A stretch of 49,680 nt of DNA, counting the filler, from Catajapyx aquilonaris (Eukaryota), in NCBI GenBank assembly GCA_000934665.2. It is 2 parts of 2 records of this genome, joined end to end, with 100 filler letters (N's around TTAATTAATTAA, not from the genome) between each part and the next. Parts side by side here need not be neighbours in the genome. Positions count along the whole stretch, not along the records: positions 1 to 24,797 come from JYFJ02005457.1; positions 24,898 to 49,680 come from JYFJ02005458.1. The stretch is one strand, 5' to 3'. Position numbers and translations under genes: made by a program. Under the pieces are notes generated by a model that worked only from the letters and a program-made list of their open reading frames with translations, was not told the DNA's origin and made no database searches. This document shows positions 13,603 through 24,989 of this stretch, piece by piece (position 1 is the stretch's first letter; the number at the start of each line of letters is the position of its first letter).

Positions 13603-13973
13603 AGGCTCGATGTTGTGAGGTGTAGGCTTGTAGCACTCAATTTGTGCTACCTGGCTGTCGTATCCAAGGTCACCATAGAACTTCTGTTTCTGGGCTCCTG
13701 TCATTGGCGGTGGTGTCCATGGTTCGTAGTAGGATGAATCCATAATCACATTATCATCTGGCCCAGACATCATTCCCTTCACCTTACTTACGTATACTCA
13801 GGCGGCGCGGCCTGCTGGCCCAAGTATGACGCTTGTAAGTATTATTTTCGGAGGTTATATGGGATTGCCTAAGCGGAATAAATAGTTGGATTGGATGACC
13901 CAGGCGGCGCGAGCCTGCTGGCCCAGGTATCCTTTCCTCCTGCCGGGAGTATACTTGGGTGGCGCCTACCCAA

Positions 13974-14160
13974 CTATGACTCCTGGTATGCCTTGGCATC
14001 GCCAATAATCCGAAACTTAATTTTCAAAACTTTTTGATCTTCAGACCAACCTGAGACGGTGGCTGCTTCATCCAAGTTAGTCAGAAAGTGATTCACTGAC
14101 TCCGACTGTAAGCCTTGGAAGGTGGGAACCAATTGTATGAACGACAAATCAGGTCGGTTA
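13974..14160 (-). mobile_element. Retrotransposon gag (capsid-like) fragment
   Basis: LVPTFQGLQSESVNHFLTNLDEAATVSGWSEDQKVLKIKFRIIGDAK fits the Gypsy-type gag pattern PxFxG...FL..xE.AA...W...K.....L.G.A. Confidence 0.75.
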
Positions 14161-14749
14161 GACTCATGAACAGCCGGTCGGTTCGGTGTCAATCTGGGTG
14201 GAGAAGAAACAGACGCAGACGTCATCTGGGATCTGCGTCGTAGTGACTCAAGCTCCTTTTCTTGGGACATTATAACTACATCTTGGTTAGGTGGAATGGC
14301 GGACACACTAACCCTTGGTCTACCTACAGTTCCGTCTGTTGCTTGCAATGGGTGATTGCGCAACTGCAGGGTACGAATTTTTATGTCCTTAGCTGGAAGT
14401 GTGTAATAATGTAAGATGAGTGTTTATAATATATTTTAAAGGGCGTTAATGTCAGCAAACGGATATCTGTCACAGAAAATCTATGGACTCAAACCGGCGC
14501 AGCGTCTGAAATTTTGATAGTTAGAATAGTTTGACACTTTTTAAACACAATCCTCGAACTTATTACGAGGAGGGAAAAAACGCATTTAGATTTATACACA
14601 TCTTTCCAGGCAATCAGGCATTATTAAGAGCAATTGCCCATTCCCTTGCATATGCAGGCAATGGAAGGATTATATAATTATATTTTTTGCATCATCCTCT
14701 GTTCCGGCCCGCATATGGTTGGAATTACATATCCTATCTCTCGTATGTG

Positions 14750-14940
14750 TGGCTTCGTCTGTGTGGCTTCGTCTGTGTACAGGACCTGGTCCGGAAAGTC
14801 AGGGTGCTGTGTGGAGTACCACTTGCAGAATTTCACGCGGGCCAGATTGTCTGCTGGCCTCAGACGTTGCACCTTTTGCCGCCTGTAGGGATAAAGCTGC
14901 TTTTCGTGTAACACCTTCCTAACAGTGGCAGTGAACATTA
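14750..14940 (-). mobile_element. Tc1/mariner (IS630-like) transposase fragment
   Basis: TVRKVLHEKQLYPYRRQKVQRLRPADNLARVKFCKW...FPDQVLYTDEAT contains the first catalytic Asp motif (xTDEA). The rest is deleted. Confidence 0.85.
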
Positions 14941-16109
14941 GCTGCGACCCGCCGCGCCGTATACTTGTGATGGTACCCTTGGGACTCGAGCCAGAATTGT
15001 CCTCCTCAAAGTCGGCAGTGCGGACATAATTTCCACCGACTCCTCTCCTGCCAATTTCCGTAACAATTAATTCCGTTAATTTAGATCTTTAGAAGTGAGC
15101 GCTCCCAGAGCTTGAAAATGGCTGATAAAGTTATGTTTGACAACAAACACTGAATCAATAACATGGGTAGACATGTACGACTTTCATGATGACTTGGTGA
15201 TCACTCTTGCAGAAATAATCAAACAAGGCTCTTCCTCCCATAATATTAATAATTTAGCTTTTCTGAGAATCACAGCAACATATGCAGACATTCGCAAAGA
15301 GCCATTCAGCAGTAGAGACTTGAACCCTGATGTTCTCAAAGCGATTTTGGAAGTAATGGAATCGCTTCTCAACAACAACAAAGAAAGTGATGTCTTTGAA
15401 GACAGTATGAAACTCTTGTGCGCTCTAGGACGCGAAGGATTAAAAATAATCGAGGTCGAAGACAAGCTTCTCATTCTGGACAGAGCAGGAAGTTTTCAGC
15501 ATTTGCTAAAAATCACTTCGCATGAAATACTTATGAAAAAAATAAAGAGACTTTCCAGCACGGGATGCCATGAAGGACCTTAGTGCTGCGTTTGAGCGAC
15601 TTTATTTGCTATCACCCAACCTGGGAAGATATCATTCCTAACGAATTGCAAGCATTGCAAGCACGACTCAGAACCCCTGCATGTCCACGATAGGGTCGGG
15701 TTTGTCTTCCACTAATGTGCACTATTCCCACCGCGATCACATTTTGCGTTATTACCTTGTACACTAAAATGACAAAGGAATGAACACTTAAGTCTTGGTC
15801 TGAGCCTCTCTTGCTTGTGGTCTGTGAAGAAGAAAAGGGTGTGGTACGTGGTTAAACAGGTGTGTGCCTTATTGAGAAGGAATATGTCGCCATGCGGCAT
15901 TAAAATTATTTGTGTCTGTTACCTGCAGGATTGGGGCCAAATATGCTTTCCAATGGATGTGATGTTTGCTCACTTCACGAGGTCCGGTTACGAGGTCTCT
16001 GATCATATTTTCCTTCTTCGGGTTGTTGGCGGATTTAATTTACGCAGTGTAGTGCAACAAGATCCGGCGATACAAGGACGTGAAAATATCAATTTGGTAT
16101 CAATTATGT

Positions 16110-16255
16110 CTCATTATGGAGGGCCATGTGCACCCTTTAATAGGCTGTCCTTCCTCCTAAATATCTTCCCACATTGAGCATGAGAATGGTGTACTTTTAT
16201 GGTGGACTGTGCGCTTGTGGTGGTGCAAATCCCTTGTACGTGCCACATACAGGAA
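16110..16255 (-). pseudogene. Frameshifted C2H2 zinc-finger remnant
   Basis: RDLHHHKRTVHHKSTPFSC / QCGKIFRRKDSLL..HMALH read across frameshifts. Confidence 0.5.
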
Positions 16256-16260
16256 GATTC

Positions 16261-16430
16261 TGTTAAGGGTTTCGTTCAAATTTCACACGAATCAAGCGGC
16301 GAATTAATAAACGACACAGCCGGTGAGGTCACGTTCAAAGCGGCCCGTTTGTTATTGCATCATGTTGCAGAATGACCTTCGTAGCAGTTAACTCGCGGGA
16401 TTGGTGGCTGATAATTACCGCACGTTTTGA
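16261..16430. repeat. Dispersed repeat, possibly LTR-like (copy 1)
   Basis: Starts with TG and shares TTTCGTTCAA...CACACGAATCAAGCGGCGAATTAATAAACGACACAG...GTTCAAAGCGGCCCGTTTG with 24282-24465. 3' end not defined. Confidence 0.7.
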
Positions 16431-16599
16431 GTCACTTTATTGAGTATATGAATCTCGGCACCAATATTGGGAGGGAGCCCCATATCAGTAAAATAAATAA
16501 ATCTGGCACAATTTCCTAGTACATTGGGTTATGCTTAGCGCTCCAAAACCAAGATTGCTTTTCGTCTGTTTACATGATCGACATCCAGGGTGCTGAGGT

Positions 16600-17010
16600 A
16601 TCATATGGATTCCTTACATTTCTACGTATTTCTCACACTGTAATTTTTATATTCGTTGTGACTATTAGACCTTTAGGCTATCTGATCATGCAAATTGTGA
16701 GAAGGTGTCTTTTTGGGCAGTGGGCTTTCTCAAGTGTGATTTCCAGCAAGATGGAGTTCCCTGACAGTAGCCAGGAACTTTTCTGTCCAAGACACTTACG
16801 AAAAATGCAATGTGTAAAGCCCTTATTGAAGAAGCAATTAATTCAAATAACTAACGAATTATCCATTCCCCTCATCCCAAGTGACAGGAAGGTGAGGTGC
16901 AGATTAGGTGAATGTCTGCGCTGGATGGTTTCCAAGAAAATGGCCCGGTCGTGCTTTGTATTAAAAGGGGCCGCAGGATCTTCGAGAAAAATTGACTGCC
17001 AGAGCTGGTG
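16600..17010 (-). mobile_element. Degenerate non-LTR (LINE) reverse transcriptase fragment
   Basis: RAIFLETIQRRHSPNLHLTFLSLGMRGMDNSLVI*INCFFN...GQKSSWLLSG aligns by eye to AIFLDxxKAFDxVxHxxLxxKL..G....LxxWIxxFL...GxxSS...SG. Confidence 0.45.
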
Positions 17011-18199
17011 TCGGTCTTCGTCATTATGATTATGATGTCATGAGAAACGCATTTCAATAAGAGAGGTATTGTGTTTTTGGATCAGCGATCATATAATCGT
17101 AATTTAATACCATAGTTAACCATTCATATGCTAAAAATGGACTCTCATTGCATAATGGAATGACACATTATTATTTTCCAGGATTACATTTACTGTATGT
17201 GCCTGTAACATTTAGACTGAGGTCGATGCAGTAGCTGCTTTCGCTGATTTAATTGTCATGCTCGTTTTATATCTGGTGTTTATGTGGCGTACTGTTTCAT
17301 TGGCTTGGGATGGTGCATTATACTGTTAGTGTTGCATTGTATAGGATATTCCTTGACCTCATGCCTCACACGGTGGTCGCCATATCCCTGCCGATGGTCT
17401 CTTTATCATGTTCAGGCATACGCTTTCTTTATGAATCATATACGGTACATATTATTCCGCGATTTGAAGTACCTTTCCGGTTTTTTCAGTGGAAGTATTT
17501 CCCTTTAACATGAAAATTCCAGTTAAATGAACCTCTTTTCCACCTCGACATCTGCGGTTCCTTCTCTGTGTGATGCCTGGCTGGCCACAGAACTGGAACC
17601 TCCAGTGTCGCATTTCTGCACCTGCCCCTCATTGTAGGCTGTTGATAGTTGAGGGAAGGGGTGGTGATTGCATACCAATGCCACTTGAGGCGAAGATGAT
17701 TTCCCGCGGCGCCAATCCACTTCCGTTGGCAACAAAGATTTCCAAGAACATCCTCCCTGTGTGGCAGCCGTTCTTTGATACGTTGAAATCGGAGTATTTT
17801 TCCTGCAAATATGCCCCTAATAATAAATGGCGTTTTTAAATGCCTTCCCTCTTCATTCACAAGCCGTTCTACTTAGCGTAAGCGAGTTTTCAGTTAAGAC
17901 TAATATTATTGTTTAGGTATGGTTGCTTGGACCTGTGGTAGTTTAGTCAGATAGGACTATTTCGCTGATTCCTGGAATAAAACTGAAGATGCAGCCAATT
18001 GGTTTGCCAGTAAACAAACATACTCTGCAAAACTTCAAAAAAAAAATCAGTACACAATAACCAGCACACAATAAAAGACAGTGGTTTGTGGTATAAAAAT
18101 TTAGTTTATTTAGCTTTATTTCAATTGCCCGACTCAAATTTTAATCGTGGTGTTGCACAACTGTCCCAGCATTCGCCAATTCAGTACTACAATACAGAT

Positions 18200-19660
18200 T
18201 ATGACTATCTGGTAATGTCAGGTTGTTGCCTACAGTAAGAACCCATGGGTAACGATCTGAAATGAGCAGGTGGTTCTAACAATATTATGTACTGAACCGA
18301 TCACGGGAATCCGCGCAAAACCGTGGCCAGGATAGCTGGCATTATGAGTGATGCCGGGGCCTAGTATTGCCAAAAGAAGCTTAAGCAATAAGTATATTTG
18401 CTGATCAAGTGGTGATCTTCTGCGCCATCTCCGCCGTCGTCCTGGTCTTCGCCGTCCTCCTCCATCTGCTGGGGCTCCTGGGTTGGGTCCTCTGCTTGAT
18501 GTCTGGAAATGGTTGGCAAAACATTCAGACATGTTTATATTTTTCTGAAGAATGGTTATAACTACATCGCACTTTCCTTCGTAATTATATTCGTCGTTTT
18601 CTGTAGTTATGAAGAATTTTGGATTCGAACTATAATTAGCTGAAAAATAAATTCAATTGTTTGAACGTCATGGTATAGAAAATGTATTAGACAATATCCC
18701 TTACGAAGGTCAGGGTCACATCCTCCTGAAGATCCAGGGACCCAGAAACTCTCAAAATAACATAGCTTATGCCAACCAGATCATTCTTCGTCCGATAAAT
18801 TGCATAAGTGACACGCCGACACTTCACAAAAATGAATGATGAAATCACTCCAGATTATCCCAAATTCACCATCGTCCTTTTTTGTTGCCTTTCTTTCTGT
18901 TTTGGGAAGGTATTTCCATTCTTCAGATCTGTTGTACAATGTAAAATAGTGTAAAGAATTGTGTCAAATGCCCAACCTAAAAAAAATGGATTTTTTGGTC
19001 GGCTAGGTGGGTCAAATGTAGAGGTTTTAGAGATTTGTTGATACAGCACATACGTAGCGCCTGCCCGCTCGGAGTTCCCCCAAGGATTTCTTAGCCTCTA
19101 TAACGGTACTTCTCTCCCGATAGCCTGGGGTGCCTTAACTTGATTCTATTTATATCTATCACGCTGGATGCATGATTTCCACAAAGTCCCATATGCTCTC
19201 TGTCGTCTTTCTGTAATATAGACACGTGACTTACATATTCTGTAAGCTTTAACATCTAAAAAAATACGACAATTGAATAATATTAGTCATATGTCGAATG
19301 AGCATTCCACAAATGAACCTCTGTGGTACATCATTAGAAGCCTACCGAAAGGATTGGAATGTGCATCGGCAAGATCCACCTTTTCTGTGATTCCTCCTGT
19401 AAAGGTTTGGAATTCTTCGTTGTTGTATCCTCCGTCCATTGCTTCATGGCATCCGTGAAGCCTGGTAAAATAACATTTTGTAGGTTTCTGCTTGCAAGTC
19501 ATTCGGATATCTCAATTATTATGTTGTGTATTATACTTAGCATATGGTTTCTCCAACAAGGGACTCCAGAAGGCGTTGTTATTCTGGGACCTCAGGTACA
19601 CCAGCTCATTATTCTTGTTTGTCATCAACCGACCATACCTAACGTCCATTTTGCCAAAAT
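18200..19660 (-). pseudogene. Calpain pseudogene (unprocessed, 5'-truncated): CysPc domain II and C2-like domain III exons
   Basis: Exon 19660-19537: FWQNGR*V..VDD/NNELVYLRSQNNNAFWSPLLEKPYAK. From 19461: LHGCHEAMDGG...FTGGITEKVDL...MYHRGSFVECS. About 19210-19055: GLCGNHASSV.../RLRNPWGNSE (catalytic His and Asn motifs). About 18925-18700: SEEW..DDGEF..WSDF..HF...WVPGSSGGC. From ~18640: NPKFFI...KCDVVITILQK. GT-AG introns are retained; several in-frame stops and frameshifts. Confidence 0.88.
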
Positions 19661-19929
19661 CTGTAACATTATGATTGATTATATTAGTAACGTTACATTC
19701 CGGACGTGCTACTCATCGGGGGGTGTCACAATTGTATATGTGTGCAGCAATTTTGTAGTAATATTTCTGGTGACAAGGTCTAAGAGGGGGGGGGGGGGCG
19801 ACTGTACATGAATTGTATGCAAGTGTCTACTGGTGGGAGGGTGGGAATGAAATTAGTGAAAACAAGTGTCTACGGTAATATATTATGGACGGCCGCTTAC
19901 GTGTTACGGTGTTCATGAAGGTCATAAGC

Positions 19930-20260
19930 ATAAACTACCTCTTCGACCTCTTTTCATCCGTAAGGCATTGGCAGTTTCAACATCATTATACGAGAGAATT
20001 TTGATAAAGTTATGCTTATGAGCATGTGTAAATGGATGATCTTTTTCCATCAGTGAAGTCTCTCATGATTCCTTCCTGACTCTCTGGTGGAATTCTGAAA
20101 TACTCCAGAGTTACCTTGTTTTGCGTCAGATTCTGCAACAGTGCAACAAGCCTAATTACATATGCTTTTTTTACCATTTTCAGAGAGTCGTACTTCTGTC
20201 GGAGGTACATAAATGGCCATTTTGGCATGCAGTTTTTTTTCTTATCAGTGTCCACGTCAG
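19930..20260 (-). mobile_element. CACTA/EnSpm (CMC)-like transposase remnant
   Basis: EGIMRDFTDG / KDHPF...FIKILSYNDVETANALRMKRG matches the DxxDG...HPxF...IxLYxDDxExxNPLG pattern of animal CMC-type transposases. Frameshifted. Confidence 0.55.
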
Positions 20261-20329
20261 TAATACTTATATTAGACCCCTGTGACAGGCAAATGTAGCA
20301 ACACTTTCTACAACTCTATCAACAAGGCA

Positions 20330-20570
20330 CTTGGAGGCTAGAAATTGACAAGTCCTTGCCCATAACCGTGCCCCTGCCAGGAGGAGTCTTTTAGGACCCA
20401 GCAGCCCCATGGTGCTGGAGAGGCACATCTCCCTCGAGAGAGTCAGCACGACCCCAAACCTGGCCAGCCTGGTATGCTGCTCGCAACATATGTTGATACA
20501 AAGCAGCTGATGTGAGAGGGATTAGATGCAGTAGCTTGTTGGCCGAGGCAAACATGTACTTCCGAGATAG
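20330..20570 (-). mobile_element. Remnant of an invertebrate transposon-associated ORF family (IPPT..AL.QH..RA.YQAG..W...SP..WGW)
   Basis: LHLIPLTSAALYQHMLRAAYQAGQVW followed after a frameshift by SPAPWGCW. Family recognised from memory only. Confidence 0.5.
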
Positions 20571-21181
20571 ATTATAGATTATTATCCACAGATGATTGTT
20601 CCACGGCCAATGTCCTACTCCCTGGTTGGTTGCTACATTAGTCAACAGGTCAGTTATAGGACCGTATGTTGACGTAACATGGTTCATTGATTCATTGATT
20701 CATTTTGTGAGTTTTGATTCATGCCTCAGTGAAATTTCTAGAAATCTTTTTTGATAGATCTATTTCCACTTCCGGGGGTGTGGTCCATTCCATTACTGGC
20801 ACCAATGCATCACACCTTCTGGAATGAGGCTCACCTTCTGGTATGGGGGACAGTATTCCAGGAAAAGCCTCTGCCAATTCGCTGTGTAGTTTTCTCCAGT
20901 TCGAATTGGTTATTTGTGTAGGAGACAACGGAAGGTAGTATCGTGAATGCGACCCATCATCTGTGATGGTAGGAACGTCTTCTATGCTCACTATGTCGTC
21001 AGTTGTACCCGTCCTTAGTCTTCGTGGTTTGGTGAAGTCGAAGAACCTGGAATCTCTTCTATAACCACGGCAGTGGTTGAGGTGGTGGGCTTGATAATGG
21101 GCTCAGCAGTGGTGGTGGAGCGTAGGGCCGGTACTGGTTGATGCCACCCCATTGGTCCGTTCTTCTTTTCCCCCTTCCCCA

Positions 21182-23518
21182 TCTTAATACATATTTCTCG
21201 ACGTATGTCTGTCTCTTTGTCTGTCTTTTATTCGCTATGCAAATCCGTGCGGAGGCTTCGACATACTCCCCAGGGGTGTCACTAGGGGTAGTTTTTTACC
21301 GGGAAGGTTCTTAGCGCATTGGAATTTACCTCCGAGGTCATCCTTGGCCACAGGAGGCGAAAAAGAACTTCAGATGTTGGCCCCCTGTGTTCTAACAATG
21401 CTGTTCAGTTGCCCTGGAAACCATGTCCTTCCCTCCTCCCTCCCTCCCTCTCTCCCTCCTCCCCTTCCCTCCCCCTCTTCCCTCCCCCCCACCTGCCACC
21501 ACCTCCCCCAGCCCCTCACTGTCATTACATTTCTACGAGGTGGCTGTACTTTGGTCAGTGTTTTTGCACTCACATTGGTTGCATACTTTATTGTTCCAAT
21601 TTAGAATTTATTACACACTGTTGCCTTGGTTATTACGAGACTACTGGTGTGATTGGGCGATGATCACGTTTTGTTCATAATATTCAAAGAGTTCCATATC
21701 TTGCTATCCTGATGGTATCTCATTCCATGTGTATCCTATAGACACGGTGGCACGACGGTCCAGCTACGGGGCAGGCCCAGGGTTCGAGCTAGTGGTATAC
21801 AAATGCGCTGTGTGTAAGAGAATAGCGGTTTTGGGCTGTTTGTTCAGGCAGCCTGTCGGAATTTTCTTGGCGTACTTTTTCTGCCATACCTTTTCCTCTA
21901 CGTACTGTGTCATGTGCTTTTTGTCTTCATTCTTCTGTTCCGAACTGCCTTACGTTCTCTGTCATGTAGTTTTCAATCGTTTTGCTTCTATTTGTTTTTT
22001 CCCCCTTTGTAAAATTTGGACCTCCACATCCTCAATGTATATTCAAAAGTCGCTATGGGATGTGGTTTAACGTGTTTAAGGCGTGGTATAAAGGTATAAG
22101 GTGTGGTATAAGGTGTGGTATAATGTGTATAATGGTATTACGTGTATAAGGTGTGGCATAATGTGGTCTACGTAGGTATGTGTCATGCAGGATGCAGTTT
22201 TCAATCTTTTATGCATTTGTTTGTTTTTTCACTTTCTAACGTTTGGACCTCCACATTCTCAACACCACACCGACTTTAAGATGGGCCTAAAAACATAGTA
22301 GCATTGGCAGAAGCACATTGGATACACACAGAGTTCGGCTAAGGGTGAGGGACCAAGAGACTGAGGAAGAACACCAAGCATGTCTCCACTCTATGAGAAA
22401 CAGCGGCCATCAGTCGGAGATTAGCTCCATTTCCATCAACCCACCTCCTACATGCCGCTTTCCACTACTCAGCAGACATTGACAATAATTCTTCTGTCGG
22501 TGTTGTTGCAATTGGATCTATGTCAGATGTATGCCAACACTGTCAGGCAAAGAAGTGGAAGGGTGAAACAAAAACGATCTGTTGCTCCATTGGAAAGGTT
22601 AGCCTTCCTCTACTGGCTGAGACCCCACAGCTACTTAAAATGCTCCTCTTACAGGCACATCACCTGATTCAAAACATTTCCTGAAGACCATCAGAAATTA
22701 CAATTTGGCCTTCCAGATGACATGTTTTGGGGCCAACGTTGTTAGAGAAGGGAACTTCATGCCTACATTCAAAGTGCAAGGGCAAATTTACCATCGCATG
22801 GGATCACTCCTTCCTTCAGAAAATGAGAGTCCGCGGTTTCTGCAGCTTTACTTCGTGGGGAACATGCAACAGCAGGCGGAACACCGTTGCACCTACTTAA
22901 ACAACACACGCCTCCACATCACACTGCAACTTCAGGAGATGATCCATTCCACTCATGTCAAGGAGCTTCAAACTTGCACTTGAGAGTCCTCCTCCTCCGG
23001 AATTTGACTTGGTTATTCATGCAGACAAGCGACCACAAGGCGAGCATCGTGGTCGATTCAATCAAACTTCTTGCAATGGGACTGCTGTGATCATGAGTGG
23101 TCAGGAGCATGGTAAGAGGGATATTGTGTTGAAGCTTCGAGACAACACGCTTCATCTATGCAATTATGAACGTAATTGGCCATACCAAATATTGCATGTG
23201 CATATAATCCTAAAAAACACACAATGGATGTCAGATTGTAAGCTCTGCCATGCTGGAGCTTCTACATTCTACATTAACTGCACAACCTTCAATTTTTCAT
23301 GACATACTTTTGCTGGATTTTGGAGGTGTATTGTGTATTTTCTTACAATCCGACATCCGCAGTGTGTTGTTTGGACTTCATGCACATGCAATATGCTCCA
23401 TGTCACTGGTATGCCAACATTGTATAGCCATAATTATTACAAAGGTTACTACCAAATCAATGAGTCACTCCTATGGAAAAGTATTTCATAACCCGAGCAA
23501 CGCCGGGTATCCTGCTAG
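21182..23518 (+). mobile_element. Internally deleted Helitron with intact termini
   Basis: 5' A|TC at 21181/21182 followed by GTCT-type repeats. 3' hairpin CCCGAGCAACGCCGGG then CTAG|T ending at 23518. An internal RepHel N-terminal fragment (~22500-23155) reads SKHFLKTIRNYNLAFQMTCFGA...NFMPTFKVQGQIYHRMGSLLP...FLQLYF, then LVIHADKRPQGEHRGRFN...RDIVL. Confidence 0.92.
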
Positions 23519-24281
23519 TTATGAATATGAGAGAGAAAATTTTCAGTGGGTTGCACTGGTAACTGAAATTAACAAGCCTGATTCTGCTGGGGTGTTCCTG
23601 ACGCAACGTATGTTAATGCCCATGCTGCTTCATGTTGCAGATAAGGTCTGCAAAAATCACAAATTGAAAACTTGGACAAGAATACACATTATACATACAA
23701 GTCACTTTTCAGGAACTCAACGAATCGAGCTAAAGGGCCCGCTGCAATTATGATGCTCGCTGTCCGGTGGAGTGTTCGCCTTCCTCTTCTTCCCAGACTC
23801 GGCCTCTGCATGGGCTCCCGGCCAGAACTCCCCGAGCTTCCTCTGCCCCGGGGCGGCCCCTCCTCTCCTACTGAGCCCCCCACCGGCTCCCTGGCGTCCC
23901 ACAGTTCCGATGGCGTCTGGGAGGGAAAGAGCTCATTATGCAGGCTAATTATGAGTAATACGAGGGCAAAAGTATTTCTTTTCTTCGAGGAGAGCACCAT
24001 CATTTTGCCTACTCTTTATGATTGTGTTCCACCCTTCATTTTAGGTAGTATTGTAGTTGGTTTCTTCAACATGTGTAGTTACATGTGGTCGTGCACTGCT
24101 TGGCTTGAGCGACAACTTTTCTTGCTGGAGGATGAAAGGCGCACTGTGGTATCGGCAGCCAGGCCCAGCCCGGTGGGAGTCACTGTTTGCATTACATTAG
24201 AGTACTACACTGAATTACACTATTATGCAAATGAAAGGCTTATCAGCTGCATGTGACATTTTATGGGCTTACAGGAAGACA

Positions 24282-24465
24282 CTGTAATGGTTTCGTTCAA
24301 CTTCCACACGAATCAAGCGGCGAATTAATAAACGACACAGCTCGTGACGCCACGTTCAAAGCGGCCCGTTTGGTATTGCATCGTGTGACGCAATCATCTT
24401 TATAGCAGTTACTCGCCGGAATGGACATCAGCTGCCAATATTAGCTGGCTGGTGATTACCGCACC
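24282..24465. repeat. Dispersed repeat, possibly LTR-like (copy 2)
   Basis: Homologous to 16261-16430 in the same orientation. Confidence 0.7.
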
Positions 24466-24797
24466 TCCTGATAAGAACTTTTCAGTGAATGAATGTCGCC
24501 ACTGATTGGCAGTGAAACTGGTGAATACTTCACGTCCAAAAATTAGTCAAAGGATCTCTTCCACCTTCGCGCTCATCCTGACACCCACACAACTTGTGAT
24601 GCACCTATGATCACTTGGTTTTGCCAAGTACACGCCAAGGATACTTGGCAAAACCAATCGATCAGACGATATGATCGATGCTATTGATATCTCCATGAGC
24701 AGGGTGAGCTTTGATTGAAAATGGCTGATGATATTATTCCGCCTTTTTCAAATCCATTTCAGATGCATGGTATGTCATTACCGTGTGATTTGCAGTG

Positions 24798-24897
24798 NNN
24801 NNNNNNNNNNNNNNNNNNNNNNNNNNNNNNNNNNNNNNNNNTTAATTAATTAANNNNNNNNNNNNNNNNNNNNNNNNNNNNNNNNNNNNNNNNNNNN
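24798..24897. other. Assembly gap / artificial linker
   Basis: 44 N + TTAATTAATTAA (stops in all six frames) + 44 N, exactly 100 bp. Confidence 0.97.
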
Positions 24898-24989
24898 CCT
24901 GGGGCATATGTGGAGGCCTCCGTATGGATCTGTTTAGGTCACAAAAGAAAGACAGACAGACAGATATAGGTCTTGAAATATGTATTAGA
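24898..24989 (-). mobile_element. Helitron 5' end, same family as 21182-23518, cut by the gap
   Basis: The reverse complement A|TCTAATACATATTTCAAGACCTATATCTGTCTGTCTGTC...GGAGGCCTCCACATATGCCCCAGG matches 21182-21274. Confidence 0.85.

Noticed and set aside
16574..17029. 151-aa plus-strand ORF
   Set aside because: Antisense shadow of the degenerate LINE RT.
19287..19502. EEFQTFTGGITEKVD first suggested a parvoviral NS1/SF3 helicase
   Set aside because: Flanking exons give clear calpain motifs (LLEK.YAKLHG, RNPWG, DDGEF).
20719..20991. 90-aa ORF followed by TGAATCAA repeats, possibly a LINE 3' end
   Set aside because: No diagnostic RT, RNase H or endonuclease motif.
22060..22170. Short repeat array resembling CRISPR
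   Set aside because: Tandem units without unique spacers, inside a Helitron, in eukaryotic DNA.
23672..24256. 194-aa plus-strand ORF and overlapping minus-strand ORFs
   Set aside because: GC-rich, low-complexity translations with no recognisable family.
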